From the NCBI GenBank assembly GCA_010909165.1, contig MU008173.1, positions 620,001 to 684,000 on the forward strand: 64,000 bases of DNA, given 5' to 3'. Positions 1 through 11,959 of this stretch are shown here, piece after piece (position 1 is the stretch's first letter; each line of letters begins with the position of its first letter). The position numbers and the translations under genes were made by a program. The stretch comes from Anthoceros angustus (Eukaryota > Plantae > Anthocerotophyta). The notes under the pieces were generated by a model. The model did no database searches. It was not told the DNA's origin and saw only the letters and a list, made by a program, of their open reading frames with translations.

Positions 1-1374
1 AAGAAGAGAGCTGGTGAACCTTAGAAGGCTCCCAAATCTGCATCCACTGCCACTGTTAGAGAACAACCTACTAAACCAGTGGTAAAAATATTGACTATAT
101 CTCTTACTTCCTCGACACATGACAGATCTTCCTGGTTCCTAGATTCTGGAGCCACAGCACATATTTGTCGTGATGCATCTCAGTTCACCAGTCTTCAACT
201 CACATCAAGTGTGGAGCGTGTCTACCTGGGTGATGAACAGAACGACACCAGTTTGCAGATCCTCGGTCAAGGTTGCTGCAAATTCAGACTGCATGATGAG
301 ACTGTCCTTACCTTACCTGATGTCCTATATGTGCCTCGTATGGCTAAGAACTTGTTGTCATTGAGCAAGTTGATGAAGACTCAGCAGTTTCTCCTCCAAG
401 TTTCAGATACCTCTTGCTATTTCTATAAGAGATCTGCCCATTCTGTATGTGTGCTCCGAGCTTATCCTGAACAGGATTTGTATCTCCTCGACATCAAGTG
501 TATCGTCAGTACTTCTCATCAGGCTCATTCTGCAAGTGTAGGAAACCTTTCAGCTCAACAACAAGCAGTCCTATGGCATGCACGTTTGGGTCATGTGAAT
601 CGTACCACCCTTATTTCTATGAGCAAGGATGATGGTTACCGTGAACCCTTACCCTCTTGCCTCAAGGATCTGCCACTTTGTGAGACATGTGCATTGGCTA
701 AACAGAAGGAACTCCCTTTTCCTCACACCCCTGCTCACAGATCTTCACGGCTGCTTGAGCTAGTTCACGCTGATATCTCTGGCCGCCTCCAGGTTTCTTC
801 ACTTGGGGGGGCAGACTATTATCTAACTATTACTGATGACTACAGCCGATACACATGGACATTCCCCATGCATAAGAAAAGTGACACCTTTCTCTTATTT
901 AAGGACTGGTTAGTCACTGTACAACGACAGACTGGTTGTCTTTTGAAACTGTTCAGGCCTGATAATGGCACTGAATTTGTGAACAATGCTTTTTCCACTT
1001 TCCTGGAATCACAAGGCGTTATACATCAGCTCATTGTGCCATATACGCAGCAGCAGAATGGTGTTGCAGAACGTAAGAATCAGACACTTATGGGAATGAC
1101 AAGAGCTATGATATTATGGTCAGGCTTACCATCTCCATATTGAGCCGAAGCAGTAGTCACTTCCACATACATCCTAAACAGATTGCTGACCAGCTCTCTT
1201 AATTCCAAGACACCATATGAGCTTTTCTGGGACAGAAAGCCTAGCTTGCTGCATCTTAGGGTATTTGGTTCTAAAGCTTTTGCCTACATACCTTCTGAGA
1301 AGAGACTCAAGCTTGATAACCGATCTCGCAGCCTTATTTTCATTGGTTATAGCGAAAATGTGAAGGCTTATAAA
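1..1374 (+). mobile_element. Ty1/copia LTR retrotransposon A, 5' part (protease, GAG-pre-integrase, integrase); degenerate
   Basis: ORF 79-1143 has the protease motif SWFLDSGAT, LWHARLGH...CETC (pre-integrase/zinc finger) and the integrase core LVHAD...TDDYSR...QNGVAERKN. A TGA at 1141 replaces the W of the usual WAEA. The frame continues (TPYELF...LRVFGS) up to the insertion of element B. Confidence 0.95.
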
Positions 1375-1598
1375 TGATAAAATAGCTTACTATTAGGGCA
1401 CTCTTCACTAGGGCACCTAGGACTTAATAATTAATTTAGTCCTTAGGGCTCTAGGTAGTTTCTTATAGTAGTTATTTAATTGGTTAGTTGTTACAACCAC
1501 TTATTGGTTACAACTACCTTGCCTACATAAAGGCATGTACTTTCTATTATGAATGTAATGCAACACATATTGCTAGAGCTTGTGTATGATTCTCATCA
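1375..1598 (+). repeat. 5' LTR of copia B (224 bp)
   Basis: Direct repeat of 8310-8534, differing by one substitution and one T-run indel. Confidence 0.97.
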
Positions 1599-4500
1599 TG
1601 GTATCGAGCACACTTGCTCTTTGTTTGCTTGTGCATCCTCATGCATCTAAGTAGCTTATCTAGGAGACACTTTCTAATCTAGCATTTGCCTAGATGGATT
1701 GTGTTTATCCTAGAATTGCTATCTTTGCATGCATTCTTTTATGCTAACATTTCTCTTCTAACAATGCTTTTATGCACTAATTCTTTGTTCTTCCTCCATG
1801 GATTTGTGTTCCTTAGAAGGAGAAGGCATAGAGTTAAGAAGAGAAGTAGTCTGCAAGACAACAAGAACAAATTAGGAGCCCAACACATAGAAGCAATAGA
1901 AGACAACAAGCTATAGAGGGAGAGATAGGAGAAACCTCCTCTTGTATAGCAAACTTCATTGCATCTATTTTAATTTCTAAACCGGATCAAGGGAAGTTTA
2001 TCAAGCTAGCTAGACGTGATTTGCTAGAAGTTTTAGTCCAATTCACGTCAAGGCATTAGAATTAGCTCTCCAACATATCCCAAATTTGAATCTGGTATTA
2101 GTACTCCTTTATCTTCTAGTCTGCAAGACAAAATAGCATAGAAACTCTTAGATTTCAAGAAATTGATAGTCAATTAGCAACTCTTAGAATCCAATCCTTT
2201 GATCTTAAGGAGAATTATCTGAATTAAGGACAAAATTGTCTATTCTCTCTAAGGTTGATAATGCGCAGAGATTTGAGAGCATGCTATCATCATCCGAATC
2301 GACTATGATGCAAGAGAAGAGTTTCGCGTGCAATAGAGAAGATGAGAGGTCAGCGAGGCCTAGTCCTCTAAATCACCTACAATGGCTGGAGTGATCAATA
2401 ATGAAGAACAAACTGCTCCTAATTCCCCATTGGGTAATGATAATGCTAACACTTCATTGCATTATCATTATGGTGACTTCAAAGAGAAAGATAGATTCAA
2501 TGGAAGGGATTATGACATCGGTCATTGAGAATGCGAGGAGCTTTGCGGCAAAGAGACCTTTGGGGCATCGTCGATGGATCAATTCCAAGGCCACACGCCC
2601 GATTTGAACGTGAACTTCAACCTTCCGGGACGCCAGGACGAAGGCACAAGATTTATTGGTCATGGACTTTCTCAACATATGGTGAGACATGTCGCACACG
2701 CAAAGACCTCCAAGGATATGTGGACTCACCTTGCTCAATTATATTCATCTCGAGATGTAATGAGTATTGTTGCGCTTCACGTAACTTCCGCAACCTCTCA
2801 ATGAAGGAGTCCGACACCATCGAACATCATGTTAATGCATTTCGATTGGCACGATCCCATTTGGAATCTTCAATCATGTCTATCTCGTAGATGGAGGCTT
2901 ACGTCATTCTCTTATCTTCATTGCCACCTTCTTATAGGGCTTTCATTACAACTCAAAATGCGTGATTCGCAATGTCGAAAAGCTGCAGATGAAGATCCAA
3001 ATGAAGAGCCGACATCGAGCCCGAACTTATTGGAGCATTGCTACGAGGAGGCAAGCGACGTCATCATCACTCCGAGCCAACAAGCGGTGATGTATTCACA
3101 AAGGGGTAGAGGAAGAGGACGAGGCGAGGCCGAGGTTCTACTTTCCGACCCCATATCCTGCACATACTTTCCATGATGGAGAGGCATCTTCTTCAACACC
3201 GCAAGAGGTAACAAGAAGATCGGGATTATATGTAATTGGTGCGTAATCCCAAATCACATGGAAAAGGATTGTCGTAAGAAGAAGAATGGGAACCTCGCAA
3301 GGAGGCCCCACAGCTAACATTGCAAGAAACAATCTTCCTCAACTCCAGCAGTGCTCACTGTGTGCTTGGCTTCTTCCAAGCCCTCCAATACCTCATGGTA
3401 CTTAGACAGTGGAGCTACTTCACATATTTGTTACAACAGAAACTCTTTTGAGTCTTACTCACCAGCCCCAGGACATCAGTCTGTCCTCCTGGGAGATGAT
3501 CACAACCTACCCATTGCGGGTGTCGGTTCAGTTGTATTCAAGTGTGATTCAGGTCAGGTTCTTCATCTTCATCACGTCCTCCATGTTCCTTCAATGTGCA
3601 AGAATCTAGTATCACCGCAAGTCTTTGTCAAGAACACACTGGTGATCCTTTATGATAGTTGTCTTCTCTCTTTCATAAGTGATAGAAACTATACAATGCA
3701 GGCACTTTAGATGATGGTCTCTATAGATTGTCGACAAGTGGGAGCCACCCATTCGCTAATGTTGCCATTCCAAACCCAAATGACACCTACCCAAACCATG
3801 CTTTGGCATTGTCGCCTTGGTCATCCTAATAGTCAAAAATTAATCCAAATGTCTAAGGGAGCTTTATATAGAACCCTTGCCTTGCAAAGGTTGAACACCT
3901 ACCTTGGTGCGAATCTTGTGTCCTCACTAAACGACATCAAGAGCCTTTCAAAATAAATCTCCACAAAGGGCCAAGTCACCTTTAGAGATAGTGCACAGAC
4001 ATTTGTGGACCCTTGTCTACACCTCCTTTAGTGGTAGTAGATATTTTTGACCTTCAGATGATTTCTCTCGCTTGTCTTTTCCTACATCCCGAAAAACAAG
4101 AGTGATGCCTTTCACTTCTTCAAGGACTACATGAAATGGGTGAGAGACTTACGGATCACAAACTCAAGACCTTACGTTCCGACAATGGTGGAGAGTTTAC
4201 ATCTCGAATTTGAGGATTTTGTCGATGAAGGTATAGCTCAACAACTTACGATTGTCTACACTCCTCAACAAAATGGCGAGAACAAGAATCTACGCCTCAA
4301 GAGATCACAGGTTGCTTATTGGTACAAGCTAAGTTATCTAAGGCTTATTGTGAGGCCCTCCTAAAGAACCTATCTCATGAATCGATTGCCTACATCAGTT
4401 CAAGGTATGACTCCATATGAAGCATTCATTGGCAAGAAGCCTTCTATTGACCACCTTGAATTTTTGGATCCCGCATATGTTTTTATTCCCAAAGCATTGC

Positions 4501-7500
4501 GTAAGTTGGATCCCAAAGCAACTAAGTACACTTTCATTGGCTACAGAAGGTATCAAAGGGTACAAATTGTTCAACCCTTCTACAAGGCAACTTTTATACG
4601 CCGAGTGTTACTTTTCATGAGTCTTACCTCTTTTCCCCAGTGGGAGCGATAGGCTTGGTCCTCCTCTTGATGAGACCATTGACCCTTCTTATTTTGATGA
4701 TCTTGATTATTTCACTCCATTTCCCATTCCCGCTTCGTGTTCCTTTAGTTGAACCTATTATGCGGAGGAGGAGGAGTTAGCATCTATTCCACAACCGCAA
4801 CTCGATGTTGACATCCCAGAGGCGCCATTGACACTCATGATGATGAGTTTGATGACCCTCCGGAGGATGACATTGTGGAGCCAGCAGATCCTCGTTGATC
4901 CCGCCTCCGTGGATGATGCACTGCACAAAGGTACAACCTTAGATCCCGACCTACTATCTCAGTCCTGCAGTTGGAAGGAACCTCCTTTAGGATACCTAGC
5001 TGTTTTGATGATCCTATACCCCTATATCACTTTATTCTCAAGCTGTCTACAAGGCAACTATAGACCCGGAAGAACCTCTTACCTTAAAACAAGCTTTCTC
5101 TTCTCCGAAAAGACTTATGGAAGGTAGTCAGAGATTCGAATATAATTCCCTAGTTAATAACTCTACATGGAATTGGTCAAACCACCTAGGGGTAGGAAGA
5201 TAGTAACCAGCAAATGGGTATTCAAAATTAAAAGAAAAGGAGATGGTTCTATAGAAAGGTATAAGGCACGCCTAGTAGCGAGGTTTTACACAAATTCTGG
5301 TCTAGATTACATACCTTGGGCCACTTATGCCCCAAGAGCCAAATTTGCCACACTTGAATGATATTTGCCTTATGTGCCCAACATGATCTTGAACTCCACA
5401 TGATGGATGTTAAGACAAGATATTTGTATGGGCGCAAGAGGAAATATACATGAGACAACCCGAGGGTTCAAGTCAAAGGCAAAGAAGATTGGGTATGCCG
5501 ACTCATCAAAGGTTTGTATGGCCTTAAGCAAGAATTGGAACTTAACCATACATGTACAACTTATTGGGAGAGGATTTAAGCAAAGCCGGTGATGCTTGTA
5601 TGTACATCCTAATATCCGCAATGATATATTTTATCTTCTACTTTATGTTGATGATGTTTTTATGGCAACAAACTCCCTCACTCTCCTAGCGAAACTAAAG
5701 CATGGCTTAGGACTCTATTTGAGATGTCCGATCTAGGAGAAATGACATATGCACTTGGTGTTAATATTATACTAAATAGAGGTAATAAGACTCTAAGTAT
5801 AGTTCAAACCAAGTATATTAAGGAGAGTTTAGCTAAATTTGGACTTGAGGATGCAAAGCCCGCACACACCTTTTGCAAGTGGTGTTAGGCTTACCTCGAT
5901 ATGAGTCCCAAAACAATGAAGAAAAGCTAGAAATGTCGAGTTCCATACCGACATCTTGTTGGCACTCTAATATATTTATGCAATTTTACGAGACCGATAT
6001 ATCTTTTGAAGTCGCCTCGCTCACAATTCTTGGAGAACCACGGGCGTGAGCCTTTGGATGTCTGTTAAGCGTATATTCGATACCTTAAAGGCACTATGTA
6101 CAGGGATCGATGTTCAAGCATACACCAGCTATCAACACATTAACTCTAACGGCATATGCCGATGCCGATTATTGGTGACCAATACCTAAAAATCAGATCG
6201 TGGTATGTATTACTCTTGGAGGAGCACCAATATCTGGTCAAGTAAGAAACAACCTACTATAGCTTTGTCATCAACTGAGTGGTACTAACCTCGGTTCTAA
6301 AGACATAGTGTGGTCCAGTTAGTTTTGAGTGAACTTCACCATCCTCAACTTAAGCCTACATCTTTGTTTAGTGATAGCGGTGCCATTGCACTTGCACGAA
6401 ATCTGTTTTCATTCTAGAACTAAACATATAGCTGTTGAGTATCACTACATAAGGGAAAAGTTAGAAGATCAAACCATAAATATTAGTTATGTTCAAACTT
6501 TAGACAATGCTTGATTATTAACAAAGTCATTGGGAATTGAGTTACATAGGAAACACATGAAATGTTTGGGTATAATGGACACACTGTCCAAACCTTTAAC
6601 CTAATACTCACCCTAGCAGCCTTAGGGCCGATTTAAGATAACCTTAAAATCTTAGCCCAAAAATTATTGTCTTACTATTTTCTGAACATTTTTCTTCTTC
6701 TATCTCAAAATAGCTTAGGTCATCCCTGCCTTCCTCTTCATAGACGGCCAACATAGAACCTGGAATATTTATATTAAAAATAAAAATAATATTTAAGCAG
6801 TATTTATGTGATTAAAACAATAAATTCCCTTAGCACCAAAGGCACCTACGGAAAATATGTTTGATATGTCCTGGAAATTCCTCACATGGGAGACTTGCTA
6901 TTTTTATCATGTGGATGGTAGTTTCCTCACATATATAGGAGTCCGGACATCTCCTTTTCACTTAAACCTAAGGTGAGTATGTATACTTTATTTTCTGGTC
7001 ACCTTTTGGTAGAATTCGCTTATAATAGCCCATGTTTTTGTCTTTAATACACTTAGGGAAACAAAATGTGTTTACAGCCGCATCAATGCAGAAAATTTAT
7101 GCTAGGTTATTCGATCCTAAAACTCATATAGAAATTAGGATGCTTAAAATCGGATAACCCTTATTTAATATATTGCACCTTTCTTTTCCCTTCCTTGTCA
7201 TATCCTCCCCATGCCGTCTCCACCCATCTCGCAAACGCCACCACACAAGTGTCGACCTCTTATCCATCAAGTCGTTAGCATCCTTGTAATCCACTTGTGT
7301 CATAGCTTCTTCTTAGAAGCATAAGATGGGCAGCAATCTTTCCTACAAACACTTTTGGCGGTGGGCTTTTTTGGGGGAGCATCATTCATTGAGGGGAGGG
7401 CACGTCCTCATCACCTAGGCTGCGCTTCCTCCCCTTTGGTGAGCACATCCAGAATTGCTTCACAAATGAAGACATGGCGAAAATGAAGACATGGCGAAAA

Positions 7501-8309
7501 TGAAGACGCAATCTTACACTTCGGACTTCAGCTTTCCTCTTCGCTGGAGCGCCCCAGAGGATCCTTAGGCATCTCGTTCCCCATCCTCCGAGGATGAGGT
7601 CGATCAATGACAAATGCGGAGATTTCTTTACGAAAGGTGCAGGAAGGACGAGGTCTGGAGGCGAGACTCTTCATCACCAGGGGACACGACTAGATGCATC
7701 AGCAGGTAGGGGCGCCCGTCCTTTTGTTTGGGCGCCAGCGCCGTGAGCGCCTTGCTGCAAGGACGCCGACAGACGGCTGGAAGGCGCGCCCGCCTACGCG
7801 GCGCGGGCGGGCGGAGAGGGCCAGGGGCTCGGGACAGGCGATGGCGCCCACGTGGCGCCTCCCGTGGCGCCTCCTCCGTGGGCGGATTGGGCGCGCCTTG
7901 CTGCGGTAGCCACCCCTCCCCGCCATCGCCATCACCGCACATGTACCAACCACCAAGTTGTCGGGATCGCGTTCGTGAAGTTTGAGGAAGAAGGGTATTA
8001 TCCATTATCCTTTTGTTTTTCCTTTTCGGAAATTAGGGTATTTTCTGGATTTTCCCCTATATATAAATTCCCTTAAATACTTTTAATTAGTTTTAATTCC
8101 ACCTATTTATTGAAGTTGGGTTATTAGTTTCTCATCTCAGCTCTCCTTAAGTGGGAGTTATTTTAATAGTGATTATTACTTTCAGTTTTTACCTTAAGTT
8201 TTACTTTATGCCTTTAAGTAAAGTTTAGTTAGGGACTAGTTTTTACTAGACTAGTTTTTCCTAGACCTCTTTTGGTCGAAAATCACCCCTAGTTCATAGT
8301 GAGTGGGAG

Positions 8310-8534
8310 TGATAAAATAGCTTACTATTAGGGCACTCTTCACTAGGGCACCTAGGACTTAATAATTAATTTAGTCCTTAGGGCTCTAGGTAGTTTCTTT
8401 TAGTAGTTATTTTAATTGGTTAGTTGTTACAACCACTTATTGGTTACAACTACCTTGCCTACATAAAGGCATGTACTTTCTATTATGAATGTAATGCAAC
8501 ACATATTGCTAGAGCTTGTGTATGATTCTCATCA
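8310..8534 (+). repeat. 3' LTR of copia B (225 bp)
   Basis: Preceded by the PPT and followed by the ATAAA TSD. Confidence 0.97.
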
Positions 8535-9060
8535 ATAAACTGATTGACCCCTGCTCACGTTAGCTTGTCCTAGCACGTCTACAGTGTGACCTTCCTTGAA
8601 CCACTACAACCAGTTACACAGTCAGTAGTTTTTGATACATACTCTGGTTCAGATGTGTCAGTTGCAACTCTGGATACCGAAGATGAGTCTGCTGGACATG
8701 TTTCAGTTTATCCCCTTGATGTTGATGGTGATCCAGGTGTTCCCCCTGTCCCTCCAGCTGCTCATCTGCCGGTCCCCGATGCCCCGCCAGATACTCCTGC
8801 TCCAGTCCTAGATCATGCTGCAGCCCAAGCATAGTTAGATTCAGATGCCTTAGTCATTGCGGATGATTTTGCAGAGGACGACAATATTCTCTTACCCGAG
8901 CCTCCCCCGCTAGAGGTGCATCGACCAGATTTACCAGCAGCAGTAGAGGAGGCCCCCTTGGTAGATGTCCTTGAACCAGATGCTGGCCCTCGACTTTTAG
9001 AATGTTCCGTCTCACTGTCTCGAATATTTAGATCTTTAATGTTGCAATTGCTCTCCATTT
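8535..9060 (+). mobile_element. Copia A resumed (integrase C-terminus and integrase-RT linker)
   Basis: Removing element B restores ...GYSENVKAYKLIDP..., followed by a Pro/Asp-rich linker. Confidence 0.85.
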
Positions 9061-9396
9061 TCATTGGAATCTGCTTGTTCCTTCAAATGACCAATAAAAA
9101 CAAGAACATCATGTTATGTAGAATGTCAACTGTCAAAGAATGGAGGAGTTTAAGGCAAGGTTCAGTGCGTGCCAGACCACCATTCCAAGCTCATTTTCCG
9201 AGATTTTTATGTAATAAATGATGCGTTGTTAAAACTTTTTCCAAGAGTCTGCAAAAGTGGTTAAGTATGCCCCATTTTACTACGCGAAAGAGCCGTTTTT
9301 CTCTCCGTTTCAGCGGAATCCGCCCATTGGGTGCAAACTTATAATTGGCTCCTTCTCATTTGTCTTGAATTCGTTTGCGGTAGACTCCACTGCAAC

Positions 9397-10460
9397 CGAG
9401 TGTTGAATGTCAGGACGAGTCCAATTGCTCACAAAAATCAAGCTACCTACTGCGTGACGATAAGGAACATCAGCCATATCTGCCTTATCAGCATTAGTGA
9501 TGGGGCATTCATAACGGGTAAGTTTAGCCCCAACAGCTCCAGGTGTACTTGCTGGATGTGCCTGAAGCATGTTAAACTTATGCAAAATTTCTGCTATGTA
9601 CTTGTGTTGATGAATGATCAAGAACCGTTCAAACCTAAGCCTGAGTAATTGGATGCCTAAACAGAACCGAAGGTCACCACTATCTGTCATCTCGAAGGTC
9701 TGGCTAAGGAGACCCTTGACACGGGCAAGAAGGTCAGTGCTGTTAGAAGCCAGGATAACATCATCTACATACAGTGCTAGGAGAACATAATTGGCTCCAT
9801 CTTGCAGGACATACACATTGAAGTCTGCTGTACACTGGATTTTAATGCTTTATCGCAGCGTTTATACCAACGTTCTGCACTTTGCTTGAGCCCATAGAGG
9901 CATTTAACAAGTACACACACGTGGTCTGGATGTTCAGGGTTCACATAGCCTTCGGGCTGCTCCATGTACAACTCCTCTTGAAGGATGCCATGGAGAAAAG
10001 CCGTGCAGACATCCATCTGCTGGAGTTCCAAATCATGTTCAGCTGCGAGGGCAAGAATAAGTCGAATGGACTGAGCACGAACCACAGGTGAGAATGTTTC
10101 CTAGTAGTCCAGCCCAGCAATTTGTGTAAACCCTCGAGCGCATCAGCGTGCTTTATATCTGGCAATCTCCCCAACTACATTCAACTTGTATTTAAAAACC
10201 CACTTACATGTGATAGGTTTCCTGTTTGCAGGGCGAGGGACAAGACGCCAGGTTCCATTCTTCATCAAGCTGTTGTACTCGTCATCAACAGCAAATTTCC
10301 ATTTTTCCTTATCCGGGCCTGTGAATGCTTCTGTGAGAGTTGAAGGCTCAGGTGGGATAATAGGAATAGAGGTTGTGGCAGCACCAGCAGTATGGCTTCT
10401 GAAATCTATGGATGTGTATCTCGTCTCCTGCCAATCAGAGGGTGGAGGACGATGGCGAGT
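9397..10460 (-). mobile_element. Copia reverse transcriptase, inverted relative to the flanking parts of element A
   Basis: The minus strand reads EPSTLTEAF...WRLVPRP...KWVFKYK...YKAR, QMDVCTAFLHG, LYVDDVILAS and PYRHAVGSL...TRPDI. Confidence 0.93.
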
Positions 10461-10852
10461 AACCCAGGCCGAGCCCATTGGACTGCTGTCAAGAGGATAT
10501 TTTGATATTTACGTGGAACTCACTTCTATGGCCTTTGTTACAAGCATACTGGACAGTCCCCACTTACCTTGCATGGCTTCACAAACGCCGATTGGGCTTC
10601 CGACAGTGACTCTAGGAAGAGTCTCTCGACCTATGTTTTTCTCCTTGCACAGGCTGCCGTTAGCTGGAGCTGCAAGAAGCAAACCAGCATTGCGTTATCG
10701 AGTACTGAGGCGGAATATAAATCCCTGACATATACAACTAAGGAAATCGAATGGGAAAGGTCTTTTCTTGCTGATATCGGACAAGAGCAGTTAGGTCCCA
10801 CTCACCTGCAGTGTGATAACCAGTCGGCTATTGCTCTCGTCTCCAACCCTCG
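10455..10852 (+). mobile_element. Copia A RT C-terminus and RNase H (3'-truncated)
   Basis: ASNPGRAHWTAVKRI, ADWASDSDSRKS, SWSCKKQTSIALSSTEAEY and CDNQSAIAL; homology stops after 'VSNP'. Confidence 0.9.
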
Positions 10853-11198
10853 CCAGCTATGTGGGTTTCATCCCACTCCTCTTCAGCTGGCTTCCTCTTG
10901 GCAGACTGCTCCTTCTGTGTCCTACTTCGCTTGGACCTTTTCGAGGGCATTGTGCACATCAGGACAGCGCTTACAACTTGGACTCCAGCAAAGATGCAAG
11001 TGATGAGGACCGCGTATGCAGCTGCGAGATTTGTAGCAGTCTCCATGACTCTCCAGCTCACGCGTCCTTGTTTGGTTATGATCGCAGCAATTCAAGTTCC
11101 TTGTACCCGCCTCTGCCTCGTGACTGTCCTGTGTCTTCTTCATTGATGACCCCGTCCTTCGTCAATTGCGCCCTGACCTCCCTAAGCTCGTTTCGCTT

Positions 11199-11359
11199 AA
11201 GGGAGGGTGTTAGGAATTAAGCCTTACTCGCTTAGGGTTAATTATCGGGTTATTTATAATTAGGTTTTATTATCTAAGGGTCATCTAGTGAAGAGGCACC
11301 TAGTGCATATATAGACATACTTTAAACACTTTTTGTATTTCATTCATTCATTCTTATCA
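11199..11359 (+). repeat. Polypurine tract plus probable short LTR (11208-11359)
   Basis: AAGGGAGGG is immediately followed by TGTTAGG... and the segment ends ...CTTATCA, with an internal TATA-like stretch. No partner LTR in the window. Confidence 0.6.
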
Positions 11360-11581
11360 ATTGTCTTATGTTCTTTTCTCTCCTGCTCTTCCTTTCTGGT
11401 CATGTCCTATTGTTATGTCCAATAATCGTCACCTCCGCGCGACCCTGAATTGCGTGGCGGCGTGGGCCGCACACAAACGCATAGTCGCCGGCGCGAGGCG
11501 TCCGTACGTCTGGTGAGCTCCTCCAGGAACACGTCTGGCGGGGCTCCCCATTGGGACAGTCGGGTGGGTTTTTTTTTAGTG

Positions 11582-11701
11582 TATTCTCTATGTTCTCTGT
11601 TGGGTTTCCTCTAGGTTCTCCTTTAGGGTTTTCTCTAGGTTCTCCTTTAGGGTTTTCTCCAGAGTCTCTTTTAGGGTATTCTCTAGATTCTCTTTTAGGT
11701 A
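11582..11701. repeat. Five degenerate 24-bp tandem units; three contain TTTAGGG
   Basis: Units start at 11582, 11606, 11630, 11654 and 11678; consensus about TTTCTCTAGGTTCTCCTTTAGGGT. Confidence 0.85.
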
Positions 11702-11959
11702 TACTCTATCATGGGGCGTTCTACTTCGAGCTCCGTTCGAGATACCCCTTGCCCCATCTGTGAAAAACTTTTCAGAGCTCGGGGGGTTAGCTAGGAACCA
11801 TATCGGCTTAGTTCACAAGAACTTCGACCGGACAACGTAGGAGGCTCAACTACAGTTGTCTTCTTCTTCTTCTGTCACTGCTCCCCTGGCTCCACTCAAA
11901 TCCCCACTTTAAACCTCTTTCAGGGTCATGGCAATGGCTTCACAAACAAGCTGATCATT

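Larger units (their letters stand above)
1375..8534 (+). mobile_element. Full-length Ty1/copia element B nested in element A
   Basis: LTRs at 1375-1598 and 8310-8534 (TG...CA). TSD ATAAA at 1370-1374 and 8535-8539. PBS TGGTATCGAGC (iMet-like, 1 nt short) at 1599-1609; PPT GAGTGGGAG at 8301-8309. Frameshifted gag/pol: WYLDSGAT, LWHCRLGH, KWVFKIK...YKARLVA, HSRTKHIAVEYHYIRE. Confidence 0.96.
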
